38,126 nucleotides of DNA, taken from a virus (lineage: Duplodnaviria; Caudoviricetes). Every line of letters begins with the position of its first letter. Positions within the stretch are counted from its first letter, which is position 1. The notes under the pieces are model-generated. The model searched no databases. It was not told the origin of the DNA and saw only the letters and a list, made by a program, of their open reading frames with translations. Where the stretch lies: positions 1 through 38,126 of IMG/VR virus record IMGVR_UViG_3300014160_000008. One strand, written 5' to 3'. This document shows, in pieces, positions 17,506 to 26,145 of the stretch. The translations under genes and the position numbers were made by a program.

Positions 17506-17970
17506 ATGAAAAACCTAACCTTGATTCTTTCGGTTTTCGCGCTGCTCGTCGCCGGGGCGATCGCGGCTCTCGATTGGCCATCGCCGGCGAACGCCGTGCA
17601 GACCGCCCCGCAGATCGACCATAGCGTCAACTTGCAGGTCGGCGGCAGCGTGCGGCTCGATTACGCGACCGCCTCGACGCCGCCGCTGATCGACGCGGGC
17701 AACCAACTGGTCTCCGGCGGCTTCTACGTTCGTTCGGCCAGCACGGCGACCTGCGCGAGCGTGTGTTCGCCCGGAATTTGCGCGTTCGGCCAGGTCACTT
17801 CGACGACTCTCCTGGCCGCCTGTTCGGCAAGCATCAGCGGTTCGTGCGTCTGCCTGACGACAACCGGCGACGACGACAACGACGATAACGACGACAACGA
17901 CAATGACGACAACGATAACGACGATAACGATAACGACGACAACAACGACAACGACGGTTCGCCCGCGTAA
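17506..17970 (+). CDS. signal-peptide protein with six-Cys domain and Asp/Asn-repeat tail
   Basis: AAAGGAG RBS. MKNLTLILSVFALLVAGAIAA, then CASVC...C...C...CVC, then DDDNDDNDDNDN repeats. Confidence 0.75.
   Translation: MKNLTLILSVFALLVAGAIAALDWPSPANAVQTAPQIDHSVNLQVGGSVRLDYATASTPPLIDAGNQLVSGGFYVRSASTATCASVCSPGICAFGQVTSTTLLAACSASISGSCVCLTTTGDDDNDDNDDNDNDDNDNDDNDNDDNNDNDGSPA
17868..17955 (+). repeat. GAC/AAC low-complexity coding repeat (Asp/Asn)
   Basis: gacgacgacaacgacgataacgacgacaacgacaatgac... read directly from the sequence. Confidence 0.85.
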
Positions 17971-17990
17971 GCGGAGAAAGGATTCGGACC

Positions 17991-19001
17991 ATGCCCAGCA
18001 TTGTCAATTTTAACAAGCTCCTCGCCGCGCGAACGAACCTGATGGCGATCTTCAATCAGACGCCGCCGGTTCCGCGCCCGGAGGACACTCCCGAGCGGGA
18101 GTTCGTCGACTGGTTCGGCACGCCGATCCTGCTGGTGGACGGCGCGTTCCTCGGCCTCGATCGCGCGCCGAAGGAATTCACCGAGCAGGGCCGCCAGTAC
18201 GCCCAAATGATCTTCGATCAATGGGTCATGTACTACAAAAAGTGGACCCAGAGCGTGAAGCTCGACGAAGACAGCGTGAAGCTGCTCAATGCGAAAATGG
18301 CGACGTGGATGCGCACGGTGCAAAGCTGGCTGCCGGCCTACGCCCAGGCGCAATCGAATGCGGCGGGCCTCATGATCGCGAACGGCGAAAGCACGCCTTG
18401 CTATGACGGCCAGAACCTCTACGACACGGACCACCCGGGCTATTACCAGGGCGCGCCGACCCAGAGCAATCTGCTGCGCTGGAAGTTCTCCAAGGACGCG
18501 TTCTGGGACGCCATCCGCGTCTTCGAGGGCCTGATGGACCCGTTCTCGCCGGGCCTCTACATGAACCGCGTTTGCACGCACGTGCTCTACGCGAAGGACA
18601 TCGAGGAGCAGGTCCTGACGGCGTTGCTCGCCGGCTACATCAGCGCGACGGAAAACGTCGCGCTGCGTTCGAAAAACATCAAGCCGGTCAAATGGCGGCA
18701 AATGCCGCCCGGGCAATTCGTGCTCGTCGATCGCCGCGCGGGCGCCGATGCGCCGTGCACCGGCGTGTACGATTCGGAAATCGGCGCGGGCCTGACGGCC
18801 GGCCTCGAAGGCACGACGGACATGGCCGCGGCCGAGGCGTTGAGGGCCGGGCGGCTCGAATGGCAGGAATCGGTGGACGAAGATTACTGGTTCGAACACC
18901 GCGCGATCAAGATCGGCACGTTCGGCGCGTATCAGATTCACGCCGGGCAGTGGACCACGTCGCTCAAATGCACCGGCGAAACCGCCTTCCCCGGATCGTG
19001 A
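17991..19001 (+). CDS. major capsid protein, Mu gpT-like
   Basis: NGESTPCYDGQNLYDTDHP matches the gpT CYDGQxFFDTDHP signature. 336 aa. Confidence 0.88.
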   Translation: MPSIVNFNKLLAARTNLMAIFNQTPPVPRPEDTPEREFVDWFGTPILLVDGAFLGLDRAPKEFTEQGRQYAQMIFDQWVMYYKKWTQSVKLDEDSVKLLNAKMATWMRTVQSWLPAYAQAQSNAAGLMIANGESTPCYDGQNLYDTDHPGYYQGAPTQSNLLRWKFSKDAFWDAIRVFEGLMDPFSPGLYMNRVCTHVLYAKDIEEQVLTALLAGYISATENVALRSKNIKPVKWRQMPPGQFVLVDRRAGADAPCTGVYDSEIGAGLTAGLEGTTDMAAAEALRAGRLEWQESVDEDYWFEHRAIKIGTFGAYQIHAGQWTTSLKCTGETAFPGS

Positions 19002-19011
19002 GGAGAAAATC

Positions 19012-19206
19012 ATGGCGAAAAACAACGTTGCCGAGACCGGCCCGGATCAGGTCTTCGTGATTCACCTGAAACGCGAACGCGCCTATTGGCGCGGCGGCCA
19101 CAAATGGACGACGGAAGCGCAGACCGTGAACGGCAAAGACTTCACGGCGGAGCAATGGGGACAAATCGCGAAAGACCCGTTGCTCGTCATCGTCGAGAAA
19201 AAGTAA
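19012..19206 (+). CDS. HI1506-like small Mu head-region protein
   Basis: GAGGAG RBS. YWRGGHKWT...FTAEQWGQIAKDPLLVI motif, directly after the capsid gene. Confidence 0.7.
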   Translation: MAKNNVAETGPDQVFVIHLKRERAYWRGGHKWTTEAQTVNGKDFTAEQWGQIAKDPLLVIVEKK

Positions 19207-19214
19207 CAACGGAG

Positions 19215-19246
19215 GGCCGGGCGGCCCTGCGAAGGGTCGCCCGGCC
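19215..19246 (+). other. 14-bp stem with GNRA tetraloop
   Basis: GGCCGGGCGGCCCT-GCGA-AGGGTCGCCCGGCC, immediately followed by the GGAG RBS of the gp36-like gene. Confidence 0.65.
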
Positions 19247-19255
19247 GGAGACGCA

Positions 19256-19708
19256 ATGGGCAATTATTGGGATACTCCGGAAGACATTTTGACCGTGATG
19301 ACCCTCGCTCAGGTTGTCGAACTGAGCGCGGATCAGCCCGATCAAGACGGCGTTTATCGGCCCGATTGGAGCATCGTCGAAACCTTCCTGCGCGATGCGC
19401 AGGACAACATCAACAATAAGCTGCGGCGGCGCGTGAACCTGCCGCTCGATGTTGTTCCAAATAGCGTGCGGCTCGACGTGAAGCGGCTTGCGAAGATCGG
19501 CCTGTTTCGCCGACGTGAAAAAGCAAACGACGATATGGGCAAAGAAGAAAAACGAATTCTGGACAAATATCAGGCGATCGCCGACGGCGACGACGAATTG
19601 GTCGGTGTGACCGACCAGGGAAAAACGGCGTCCGGCATTTCCGGCGCGCAGGCCGCGGGCAACGCGCCGCAAACGATGTTCGGCAAGAAAAAGCCCTGGG
19701 GGTTTTAG
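19256..19708 (+). CDS. Mu gp36-like (DUF1320) head-tail adaptor
   Basis: YWDTPEDIL...DAQDNINNKLRRRVNLPLDVVP...LFRRR pattern, plus synteny. Confidence 0.8.
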   Translation: MGNYWDTPEDILTVMTLAQVVELSADQPDQDGVYRPDWSIVETFLRDAQDNINNKLRRRVNLPLDVVPNSVRLDVKRLAKIGLFRRREKANDDMGKEEKRILDKYQAIADGDDELVGVTDQGKTASGISGAQAAGNAPQTMFGKKKPWGF

Positions 19709-20277
19709 TGTCTGACGCCTTCGAATTCATTGACGACAACATCCGCGCGCAAATCCGCGCGCGGATCGAATCGTTGAAAAGCCCCGAGCGGCTGTGGAAC
19801 GCGGTCGGTGAACGCCTGGCGTCATCGATCGACGAGAACTTCGAGGTCGGCGGCCGGCCGAATCGCTGGGCCGCGGTGAAGCTCGAAACGCGCCTGATGG
19901 CCGCGGGCCTGCGCAGCAAGGCGCAATTGTTCGGCAAGCGCGGCGGCGTTCGCGCGAGCGATCTGAAAAAGGTTGCGCTGAAAAAAATTCTAGTGATGAG
20001 CGGCCGGCTCCGGCGGTCGATATCCTATTTCTTCCAAGGCCTATTGTTCATGATCGGCTCCAATCTGGTCTATGCCCGCATTCACCAACTCGGCGGCATG
20101 ACCGGGTCGCGATATCACCCGTTCTATATGAAGCCGCGGCCGTACCTCGTCATTCAGGAGGAAGACAAAAAGGGCATTACCCAGATCGACGTTCCGCGCT
20201 GGCTCGAAATATCCGTGGCGATCGTATTGATCCTGTTGATCCTGTCGAAAAATGCCGTTATTCCGGAGGTCGCGTGA
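19708..20277 (+). CDS. Mu gpG-like virion morphogenesis (tail completion) protein
   Basis: ENFEVGGRPNRWA, LVMSGRLRRSI, GSNLVYARIHQLGG and KPRPYL motifs. Confidence 0.85.
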   Translation: MSDAFEFIDDNIRAQIRARIESLKSPERLWNAVGERLASSIDENFEVGGRPNRWAAVKLETRLMAAGLRSKAQLFGKRGGVRASDLKKVALKKILVMSGRLRRSISYFFQGLLFMIGSNLVYARIHQLGGMTGSRYHPFYMKPRPYLVIQEEDKKGITQIDVPRWLEISVAIVLILLILSKNAVIPEVA

Positions 20278-20837
20278 CGACGTACGCCGCCCTCGCGAAA
20301 CAATTCATCGTGCGCCTGGCGTCGCTGAAAGGCGGCCCGCTGCCGCTGCGCGCCGTCGGCTATTACATGGGCGACCTGGACTCGCTCGTCGACGATCTCG
20401 AAGCGGGCGACGTGCCCGTGCCGCCCTGCGCCTTCGTGAAATTCGACCGCGAGGATATGCACGAGGAAGGCGCACTGACCGAGGACCGCTCGGGCCTGCA
20501 TTGGGCGGTCATCGTCATCGCCGAAAATCTGCGGTCGAGTTACGACGCGGCCGTCGCCGCGCCCGACGCGGCGCTCGCGATTTTGTTCGCCGTGCGCCGC
20601 GCCGTCGTCAATTTTATCCCCGCCGGCTGCGACACGCCCGTGCGCTGGGGCGGCGCGCAAAGCCTGTGGGAATCAAAAAAAAGAAATTGCTGCGTTTACC
20701 TCGGGCGGTTCTTCCACGAGGCGCAGATCTGCGATGAGCCGACGTTCGCGCCGCCGATTACGTCCGTGCAATCCACGGCCGCGGTTGACGGGCGCCGCTT
20801 CTTTCAACGCACCGACAAAATGCCGGAGGGAAAATGA
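20274..20837 (+). CDS. Mu gp37-like tail terminator
   Basis: GGAGG RBS and GTGA overlap. VIVIAENLRS motif; synteny gp36-G-gp37-gp38-sheath. Confidence 0.65.
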   Translation: MTTYAALAKQFIVRLASLKGGPLPLRAVGYYMGDLDSLVDDLEAGDVPVPPCAFVKFDREDMHEEGALTEDRSGLHWAVIVIAENLRSSYDAAVAAPDAALAILFAVRRAVVNFIPAGCDTPVRWGGAQSLWESKKRNCCVYLGRFFHEAQICDEPTFAPPITSVQSTAAVDGRRFFQRTDKMPEGK

Positions 20838-21019
20838 CAGGAAAACTTTTCGTGCCGAAAACGGGCGTCGTGATTCCGCGCCACGGCGCCGCGCGTGGGG
20901 ACGTGCCGGCCGCCGGCGAGCGCCTCACGGCGGAGAACGCCAACTATTACCGGCGCTGCGTCGCGCGCGGCGAGGGAACGATCGTCGATGCGCCGGCGGC
21001 GAAAGGGGGTCAATCATGA
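20834..21019 (+). CDS. Mu gp38-like (DUF2635) protein
   Basis: VPKTGVVIP...VPAAGE...YYRRCVARGE pattern, directly before the sheath gene. Confidence 0.75.
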   Translation: MTGKLFVPKTGVVIPRHGAARGDVPAAGERLTAENANYYRRCVARGEGTIVDAPAAKGGQS

Positions 21020-22929
21020 TGTGGCACTGGCTTGGCCTGCTGGCCTTCTGGACCTTTGCCTGCTGGGGCCTGCGGATCGTGTTTCAGAACCTCGACCCGA
21101 GCGATCATTCGCCCGGCCTTTATATGGAAACTGTGTTCACGCCGGGCCAATCCGTCGGCGCGCAGCCGTATATGCTGCTCTTGATCGGCCAAAAGCTCGG
21201 CGCGGGCTCCGCCGGCGCCGGCCAGGTCTATACGCCGATGCGCGAGAACGACGTGATTTCGCTCTTCGGCGCGGGCTCGATTTGCTGGCGGATGTGGAAA
21301 GAAGCGCGGCGCATCTGGCAGGGCCTGCCGATCGGCGTCTTGCCGATGGCCGACCCGACGGTCGGGGCCGCCGCGGGAAACATCATTTTTTCCGGCCCGG
21401 CGACGCACGCCGGGAACGCCGTGGTCACGATCGGCAATGTCACGGTCACGTTCGCCCATGCGGCGGATGCGACCGCGGCGGACGTCGCGGCCGGCGTCGC
21501 GGCGCTGCTCACGTCGGGCGTGCAGCCGGGTTTGCAGGCCACGGTGGCCGTTGACGCCGACAACACGGCGAAACTCAACGTGACGCAAATTCCGGGCCGC
21601 GGCAATATCGTCCAACTGGCCGCGGCCTTCTCCGGCGGCAGCACGGGCGTAACCGCCGCAGTCACCCAAACGACCGGCGGCGGCTTCGCGCGCGGCGGCA
21701 TTTTGTTCGCCGGCGCGGCGACGGGCAACGGCAGCGTCACAATTGATATCGGCGACAACGTCGAGGTCGTCGCGACGTACCAAACCGGCGACACGGCGGC
21801 CGATCTTTGCGCCGCGGTCGCCGCGTTGCTGACGGCCGCCGCGCAGCCCGGCCTGCAGGCCGAGGTCGCGCAGGACCTGGCGACGCCGGCGCAGTTGGAT
21901 GTTTATCACAAGCACATCGGCGTGCTCGGCAACGAATTGCAATTGCGCGCGACGTTCGGCGAAAACGCCGGCCTGTCGGCGACGGTTGCGCAGCCGGCCG
22001 GCGGCCTCGGTACGCTCGATCTGACGACGGTCGAATCGGTGGTCGGCGACGCCGGTTACAACTATCTCGCCTGCGCGGTCAACGATGCGACGAACGGCGT
22101 GACGCTCGCCCGCTGGCTCGCCGACTTCTGGTCGGGCGCGGTCGGCAAACCGACCGTCGGCGGCCTTTGCTCGCTCGACACTTACGCCAATGTGCTGGCG
22201 CTGGCGAACGCGATCCAGGCGAAGCACCTGATGGTGATCGGCTCGCCGGGCAGCGTCTCGCCGAGCTACGCCCGCACGGCCGTCATTATGGCCGAACGCG
22301 CGCGGCGCGATTGCAACGTCTCGCCGAACGACGCGCTGCAGAACTTCGTCACGGGCCTCACCGGCGCGTGGGACCAGACGCAGCAATTCTCGGTCAAGGC
22401 CGGCGAGTGGCGCGCCTGCTTCGATCGCGGCGTTTCGCCCTGCATCGTCAACGCCAGCGGCGACGACGTGCTCGGCTGCGATGTGTGGTCGGAATTCAAA
22501 GACCCGGAAACCGGCCTGACCATCGGCCTGCAATTCTTCACGTTCAGCGGCGTGATGTCCTATCGCCTTTACCGCGTGCTCGCCCGCTGGGCGCGGTCGC
22601 GCGCCGGCGACGCCAATTGGCCGATGCGCGTCGGCACGCAGCCCAAGACGGTCACGGTCACGTTGCCGGACAATTCGAAGGTCAATATTTTGCAATCGGA
22701 CCAATCGCTCGCGCTCGCCTTGCAGGCCCGCGCCGAGGATTTGGACCTCGAACAAAACCATTATCTCAATTTCGTCAGTTCGCGCACGTTCGCGCAGAAC
22801 TACCAGCATCAGGTGCTCGATTACGCCAAAGGCCAGGTCGCGGTCAGCGCGCAAGTCTGGCCGGCGCCGCCGATCGTCGGCATTTTCGGGCAGCAGGTCA
22901 GCAACGCCTCGCCGCCGGAGGACAATTAA
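21016..22929 (+). CDS. contractile tail sheath protein (Mu gpL-like) with hydrophobic N-terminal leader
   Basis: IVFQNLDPSDHSPGLYME...MLLLIGQKL...LFGAGSICWRM matches the gpL N-terminus. AAGGGGG RBS and ATGA coupling at 21016. Confidence 0.88.
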   Translation: MMWHWLGLLAFWTFACWGLRIVFQNLDPSDHSPGLYMETVFTPGQSVGAQPYMLLLIGQKLGAGSAGAGQVYTPMRENDVISLFGAGSICWRMWKEARRIWQGLPIGVLPMADPTVGAAAGNIIFSGPATHAGNAVVTIGNVTVTFAHAADATAADVAAGVAALLTSGVQPGLQATVAVDADNTAKLNVTQIPGRGNIVQLAAAFSGGSTGVTAAVTQTTGGGFARGGILFAGAATGNGSVTIDIGDNVEVVATYQTGDTAADLCAAVAALLTAAAQPGLQAEVAQDLATPAQLDVYHKHIGVLGNELQLRATFGENAGLSATVAQPAGGLGTLDLTTVESVVGDAGYNYLACAVNDATNGVTLARWLADFWSGAVGKPTVGGLCSLDTYANVLALANAIQAKHLMVIGSPGSVSPSYARTAVIMAERARRDCNVSPNDALQNFVTGLTGAWDQTQQFSVKAGEWRACFDRGVSPCIVNASGDDVLGCDVWSEFKDPETGLTIGLQFFTFSGVMSYRLYRVLARWARSRAGDANWPMRVGTQPKTVTVTLPDNSKVNILQSDQSLALALQARAEDLDLEQNHYLNFVSSRTFAQNYQHQVLDYAKGQVAVSAQVWPAPPIVGIFGQQVSNASPPEDN

Positions 22930-22930
22930 C

Positions 22931-23377
22931 ATGACGACGCTCATTCTCGCGATTTTGTTCGGCCTGATGGCATACGCCGTCGGCATCACCGCGATCGAGG
23001 TGCCGCTCGCCGGCATCTACATCATGAAAATCGAAGGGTTCCCGGTGCTCGAACAGGTGAGCTTCAACATCGACGGCCACGACCAGGTGGTTGCCGAGGA
23101 TCTGCTCATGGGCGTCGGGACATCGCTGACGTTCGGCGCGGGCTCGGGTTCGATCGAAACGAAAGAACCGCAAGCGCAATTGATCCCCTGGGAAAGCATG
23201 AACGGCCAACCGCCGATGAACAACGTGGCGGCGTCCTTCGAGCCGATCGCCGGCATCGGCAGCTGCTTCGACTTGCAGAACTTCTACGTCATCAATTGTG
23301 CGACGTTCCGTCAGGACAAAAAGGCGGCGCTCAGTCGCCCCATCAAAATCGGCTGGGCCTCGCTCACGCCGCGGTAA
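22931..23377 (+). CDS. tail tube protein with hydrophobic N-terminal leader
   Basis: Between sheath and chaperone. LAGIYIMKIEG resembles the Mu gpM N-terminus. GGAGG RBS. Confidence 0.72.
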   Translation: MTTLILAILFGLMAYAVGITAIEVPLAGIYIMKIEGFPVLEQVSFNIDGHDQVVAEDLLMGVGTSLTFGAGSGSIETKEPQAQLIPWESMNGQPPMNNVAASFEPIAGIGSCFDLQNFYVINCATFRQDKKAALSRPIKIGWASLTPR

Positions 23378-23384
23378 CAACCAA

Positions 23385-23450
23385 CGGGATTCGGGGCTCG
23401 GGATTCGGCTGCGGCCTCCCGGACCCCGGACCCCGAAACCCGGAACCCGA
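23385..23450 (+). repeat. inverted pair of heptamer tandem arrays
   Basis: CGGGATT-CGGGGCT-CGGGATT-CGG, then CCGGACC-CCGGACC-CCGAAAC-CCGGAAC-CCGA, in the tube-chaperone gap. Confidence 0.7.
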
Positions 23451-23460
23451 GGGGGAAATC

Positions 23461-23838
23461 ATGGCAACCATCAACGACGCGGACATCGTCCGCAAAATGC
23501 GCGAACTGACCGAGCCGTTCACGCTCACCGGCGGCGTCCTGATCGCCGGCAACGTCTTTCGCACGGGCACGATGCGTATCCTCACCGGCCACATTCAGTC
23601 GGAAGTGACCGCCCAAAATCCCAAAAACGCCGACGAAGAAGCCGCGATGCTGATCGCCAAACGCATCACGCTCGACGGCCTCGATCCGAAAGCGCTCACG
23701 CACACCGCCATTCTCGAGCTGCCGTCGTTCGATCGCGGCGAACTCGATATGGCCGCGGGGAGATTGTACGAAAAGTACAGCACCTTTCGTGACAAGCAAC
23801 CTGCGACCGCGGCTGCAAACGGCGGGAAGACTGGCTAG
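23461..23838 (+). CDS. tail assembly chaperone (Mu gp41-like)
   Basis: GAGGGGG RBS. FTLTGGV...ILELPSFDRGELD pattern. Between tube and tape measure genes. Confidence 0.78.
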   Translation: MATINDADIVRKMRELTEPFTLTGGVLIAGNVFRTGTMRILTGHIQSEVTAQNPKNADEEAAMLIAKRITLDGLDPKALTHTAILELPSFDRGELDMAAGRLYEKYSTFRDKQPATAAANGGKTG

Positions 23839-23950
23839 GCATTTCCGCATGTCGCTGGGCGAGGCGTTGTCCTTGCCCCGCGACATTGCGGTTTTGCTCT
23901 GGGATATCGCAAACGAAGAAGGCGAGGATCGGTGCCCGTTCATGGGCTGA
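23786..23950 (+). CDS. frameshift extension of the tail chaperone (gp41.5/E'-like), +1 frame
   Basis: The +1 frame from TTC at 23786 reads FVTSNLRPRLQTAGRLARHFRMSLGEALSLPRDIAVLLWDIANEEGEDRCPFMG* and fills the gap to the tape measure gene. Confidence 0.6.
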   Translation, partial: FVTSNLRPRLQTAGRLARHFRMSLGEALSLPRDIAVLLWDIANEEGEDRCPFMG

Positions 23951-23964
23951 GACGGTGATTGACG

Positions 23965-26145
23965 ATGGCGATGGATATCATGCGTGCGGCGCTAATGATC
24001 GACCTGGGCGGCAACGGCAGCGCCGGTCTTGCGCGCATGAACACCTACTTGGAGAAAACAGGCCTCATCACCGAAAAAAATCGTCCTGGCTGGCGCGGCA
24101 TGACGTCGGACATCAAGAATGCGACGGCCGCGTTGGGGGCATTTTATACCGCCGGGCGTATGATCGAGCGGATCGAGCCCGGCGCGGCCCGGCTGCAAAC
24201 GTCGCTGCGAAATCTGAAAATCAATCTCTCGACCGAGCCGCTCGACGACCTAGACAAGACGATCAAAAAATACAGCCAGAACGCGTTCATGATCCAGGCA
24301 AAATTCGCCGTGGATATGACCGACGTGATGGAGGCGCAGAAGTATCTCAAGGGCCAACAGTGGGGCACGTCGGACATCCTCGGCGTGGGCGGCCACGCGG
24401 CGACCGCGTCGAAAATGGCGACGATCTTCAAGCGCGATTATGCCAATGCGGAAATGGCGGCCGTCGATGTTTCGCAGGCGATGCGCATGTTCGGGTTGAC
24501 GGGCTCAAGTGCGCGCTTCGGCGACATTTTGACGCGCGCCTCGACGATGGGCGTGAACCCGGCCGACCTGATGCATCAAATGGAATACGTGGGGCCCTTG
24601 GCGAAGTCGGCGTTCGGCGCGCGCACGCAAGAGCAGCGCTGGAAGGCCCTGGAAGAGACCGTGTTCGGCATTTCGCTGGGCGTCTCCAGCGGCGCGAAGC
24701 CCGAGGCGATCGGCCGTTACATGGGCGATTTCCTCGCGCGGATGGCCGGCGGCGCCGGCCGCGGGCATCACGGCACGGGCGGCCTGAATTTGTGGGAAAC
24801 CACGGGCACGGGCAAGGACCGCACGAGGCACCTGAAGGATTGGATTCAGATCAGCGACGAGCTGAACAAAAAATTCGGCAACATGACCGACGCCCGCAAG
24901 CGCGAGGCGGAACTCGTAAAAATTTTCGGCGAGCAAGCCGCGCGCCTGGCCGTCGTTTTGATGGACCTCGGCGATCGCGCCAAGACGGCGCGCGAAAAAT
25001 ACCAAAAAGCGCCCGGCGCCGAAGAACGAATCGCCGGGCTCAAAGGGTCGTCCGAGTACGAGACCGCGATCGCCAAGAGCACGCTGAAAAGCATTTCCGA
25101 CCTGGCCGGCCAGCGGCTGGCCGAACACAAGGGCCGGGCGTACGGCCTGCTCAATAGCGTGCTCGGCGTCGGCGGCGACGTGGCCGCCAACGAGAACGTG
25201 CAGGGCGGCCTCGCCTACGGCCTGGAAGGCGGCAAGTTTGTGGCGGGCGGCCTGGCGGCGTTCCTCGCAGCCCGCGGCCTCGTGCGCGGCGCAGGGGCAT
25301 TAAAACAGGCCGGCGGCCTTTCCAAGATTCTCGGCCTCGGTTCGAGCGCCGTCACCGGCGACCTGGCCGGCACGGCGATGCAGCAAATCGACAAAAACCT
25401 GAGGAAGGTGTTCGTCGTCAATTGGCCGAACGGCGGCTGGGGCGGCGGCGCGATCGGCGGCGCGGGACTCGGGCGTTTGTCGGCAGCCGACGAGGCGATT
25501 CTATTCGGCAAAAAAGCCGAGGCGACCGCCGCCGGCGAGGCGGCCAAAGGGTTGACCACCTTCGGCGCCAACCTGACCAACACCAGCACGGCGCTCGGCG
25601 CGTTCGCGTCCGTCGCCGGCTCGGCCGGCCTGGTGCTGGCCGCGATCGCCGCAATCAAAGCCGGCGACGAGGCCAAGGCCGCTTATGACGATCTCGATTA
25701 TCTCAACCGTCTGCCGCATCCGGGCGTCGGCGCGATCGCGAAGACCCGCGACGCCTCGATCGAGCGGGAAATCAAGAAACGCGGATTGAAGGGCAAGGCC
25801 GCGGAAAATTACCGCCGCCAACGAATGGGCAAGCCGCTGCTCTCTGGCCCGAATGACCCGCTGGCGCACGGCTCGATCGCGCACAATATGTTTTTCCCGC
25901 CATCGGAAGACTGGACCGATTTTACCGGCCAGAGCCACAGCGACACGGAATATATGTCGCTGCCCGCGGGCAAAAAACAGTATTCGCGCCCCGCCGGCCC
26001 TTACGATCAAGGGTCGGAAGAAGCGCCGATGCCCTGGGAAATTACCGTCAACGTGAAGGTGGACGACGACCGCACCAAGACGCAGGTCGATGGCGGCTCG
26101 CGCAAGCCGCGCAACGTCAAGCTTCGCACGCAGGGGGCCGAATAA
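23965..26145 (+). CDS. tail tape measure protein
   Basis: About 726 aa, Ala/Gly-rich and helical. LVKIFGEQAARLA and KVFVVNWP motifs. Synteny. Confidence 0.88.
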   Translation: MAMDIMRAALMIDLGGNGSAGLARMNTYLEKTGLITEKNRPGWRGMTSDIKNATAALGAFYTAGRMIERIEPGAARLQTSLRNLKINLSTEPLDDLDKTIKKYSQNAFMIQAKFAVDMTDVMEAQKYLKGQQWGTSDILGVGGHAATASKMATIFKRDYANAEMAAVDVSQAMRMFGLTGSSARFGDILTRASTMGVNPADLMHQMEYVGPLAKSAFGARTQEQRWKALEETVFGISLGVSSGAKPEAIGRYMGDFLARMAGGAGRGHHGTGGLNLWETTGTGKDRTRHLKDWIQISDELNKKFGNMTDARKREAELVKIFGEQAARLAVVLMDLGDRAKTAREKYQKAPGAEERIAGLKGSSEYETAIAKSTLKSISDLAGQRLAEHKGRAYGLLNSVLGVGGDVAANENVQGGLAYGLEGGKFVAGGLAAFLAARGLVRGAGALKQAGGLSKILGLGSSAVTGDLAGTAMQQIDKNLRKVFVVNWPNGGWGGGAIGGAGLGRLSAADEAILFGKKAEATAAGEAAKGLTTFGANLTNTSTALGAFASVAGSAGLVLAAIAAIKAGDEAKAAYDDLDYLNRLPHPGVGAIAKTRDASIEREIKKRGLKGKAAENYRRQRMGKPLLSGPNDPLAHGSIAHNMFFPPSEDWTDFTGQSHSDTEYMSLPAGKKQYSRPAGPYDQGSEEAPMPWEITVNVKVDDDRTKTQVDGGSRKPRNVKLRTQGAE

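Noticed and set aside
17868-17955. CRISPR array or DGR repeat
   Set aside because: Low-complexity codon repeats with no repeat-spacer structure. No cas or reverse transcriptase gene was recognised in the window.
20734-21015. Longer N-terminus for the sheath as given in the ORF track
   Set aside because: It overlaps the gp37- and gp38-like genes. The RBS and ATGA coupling support a start at 21016.
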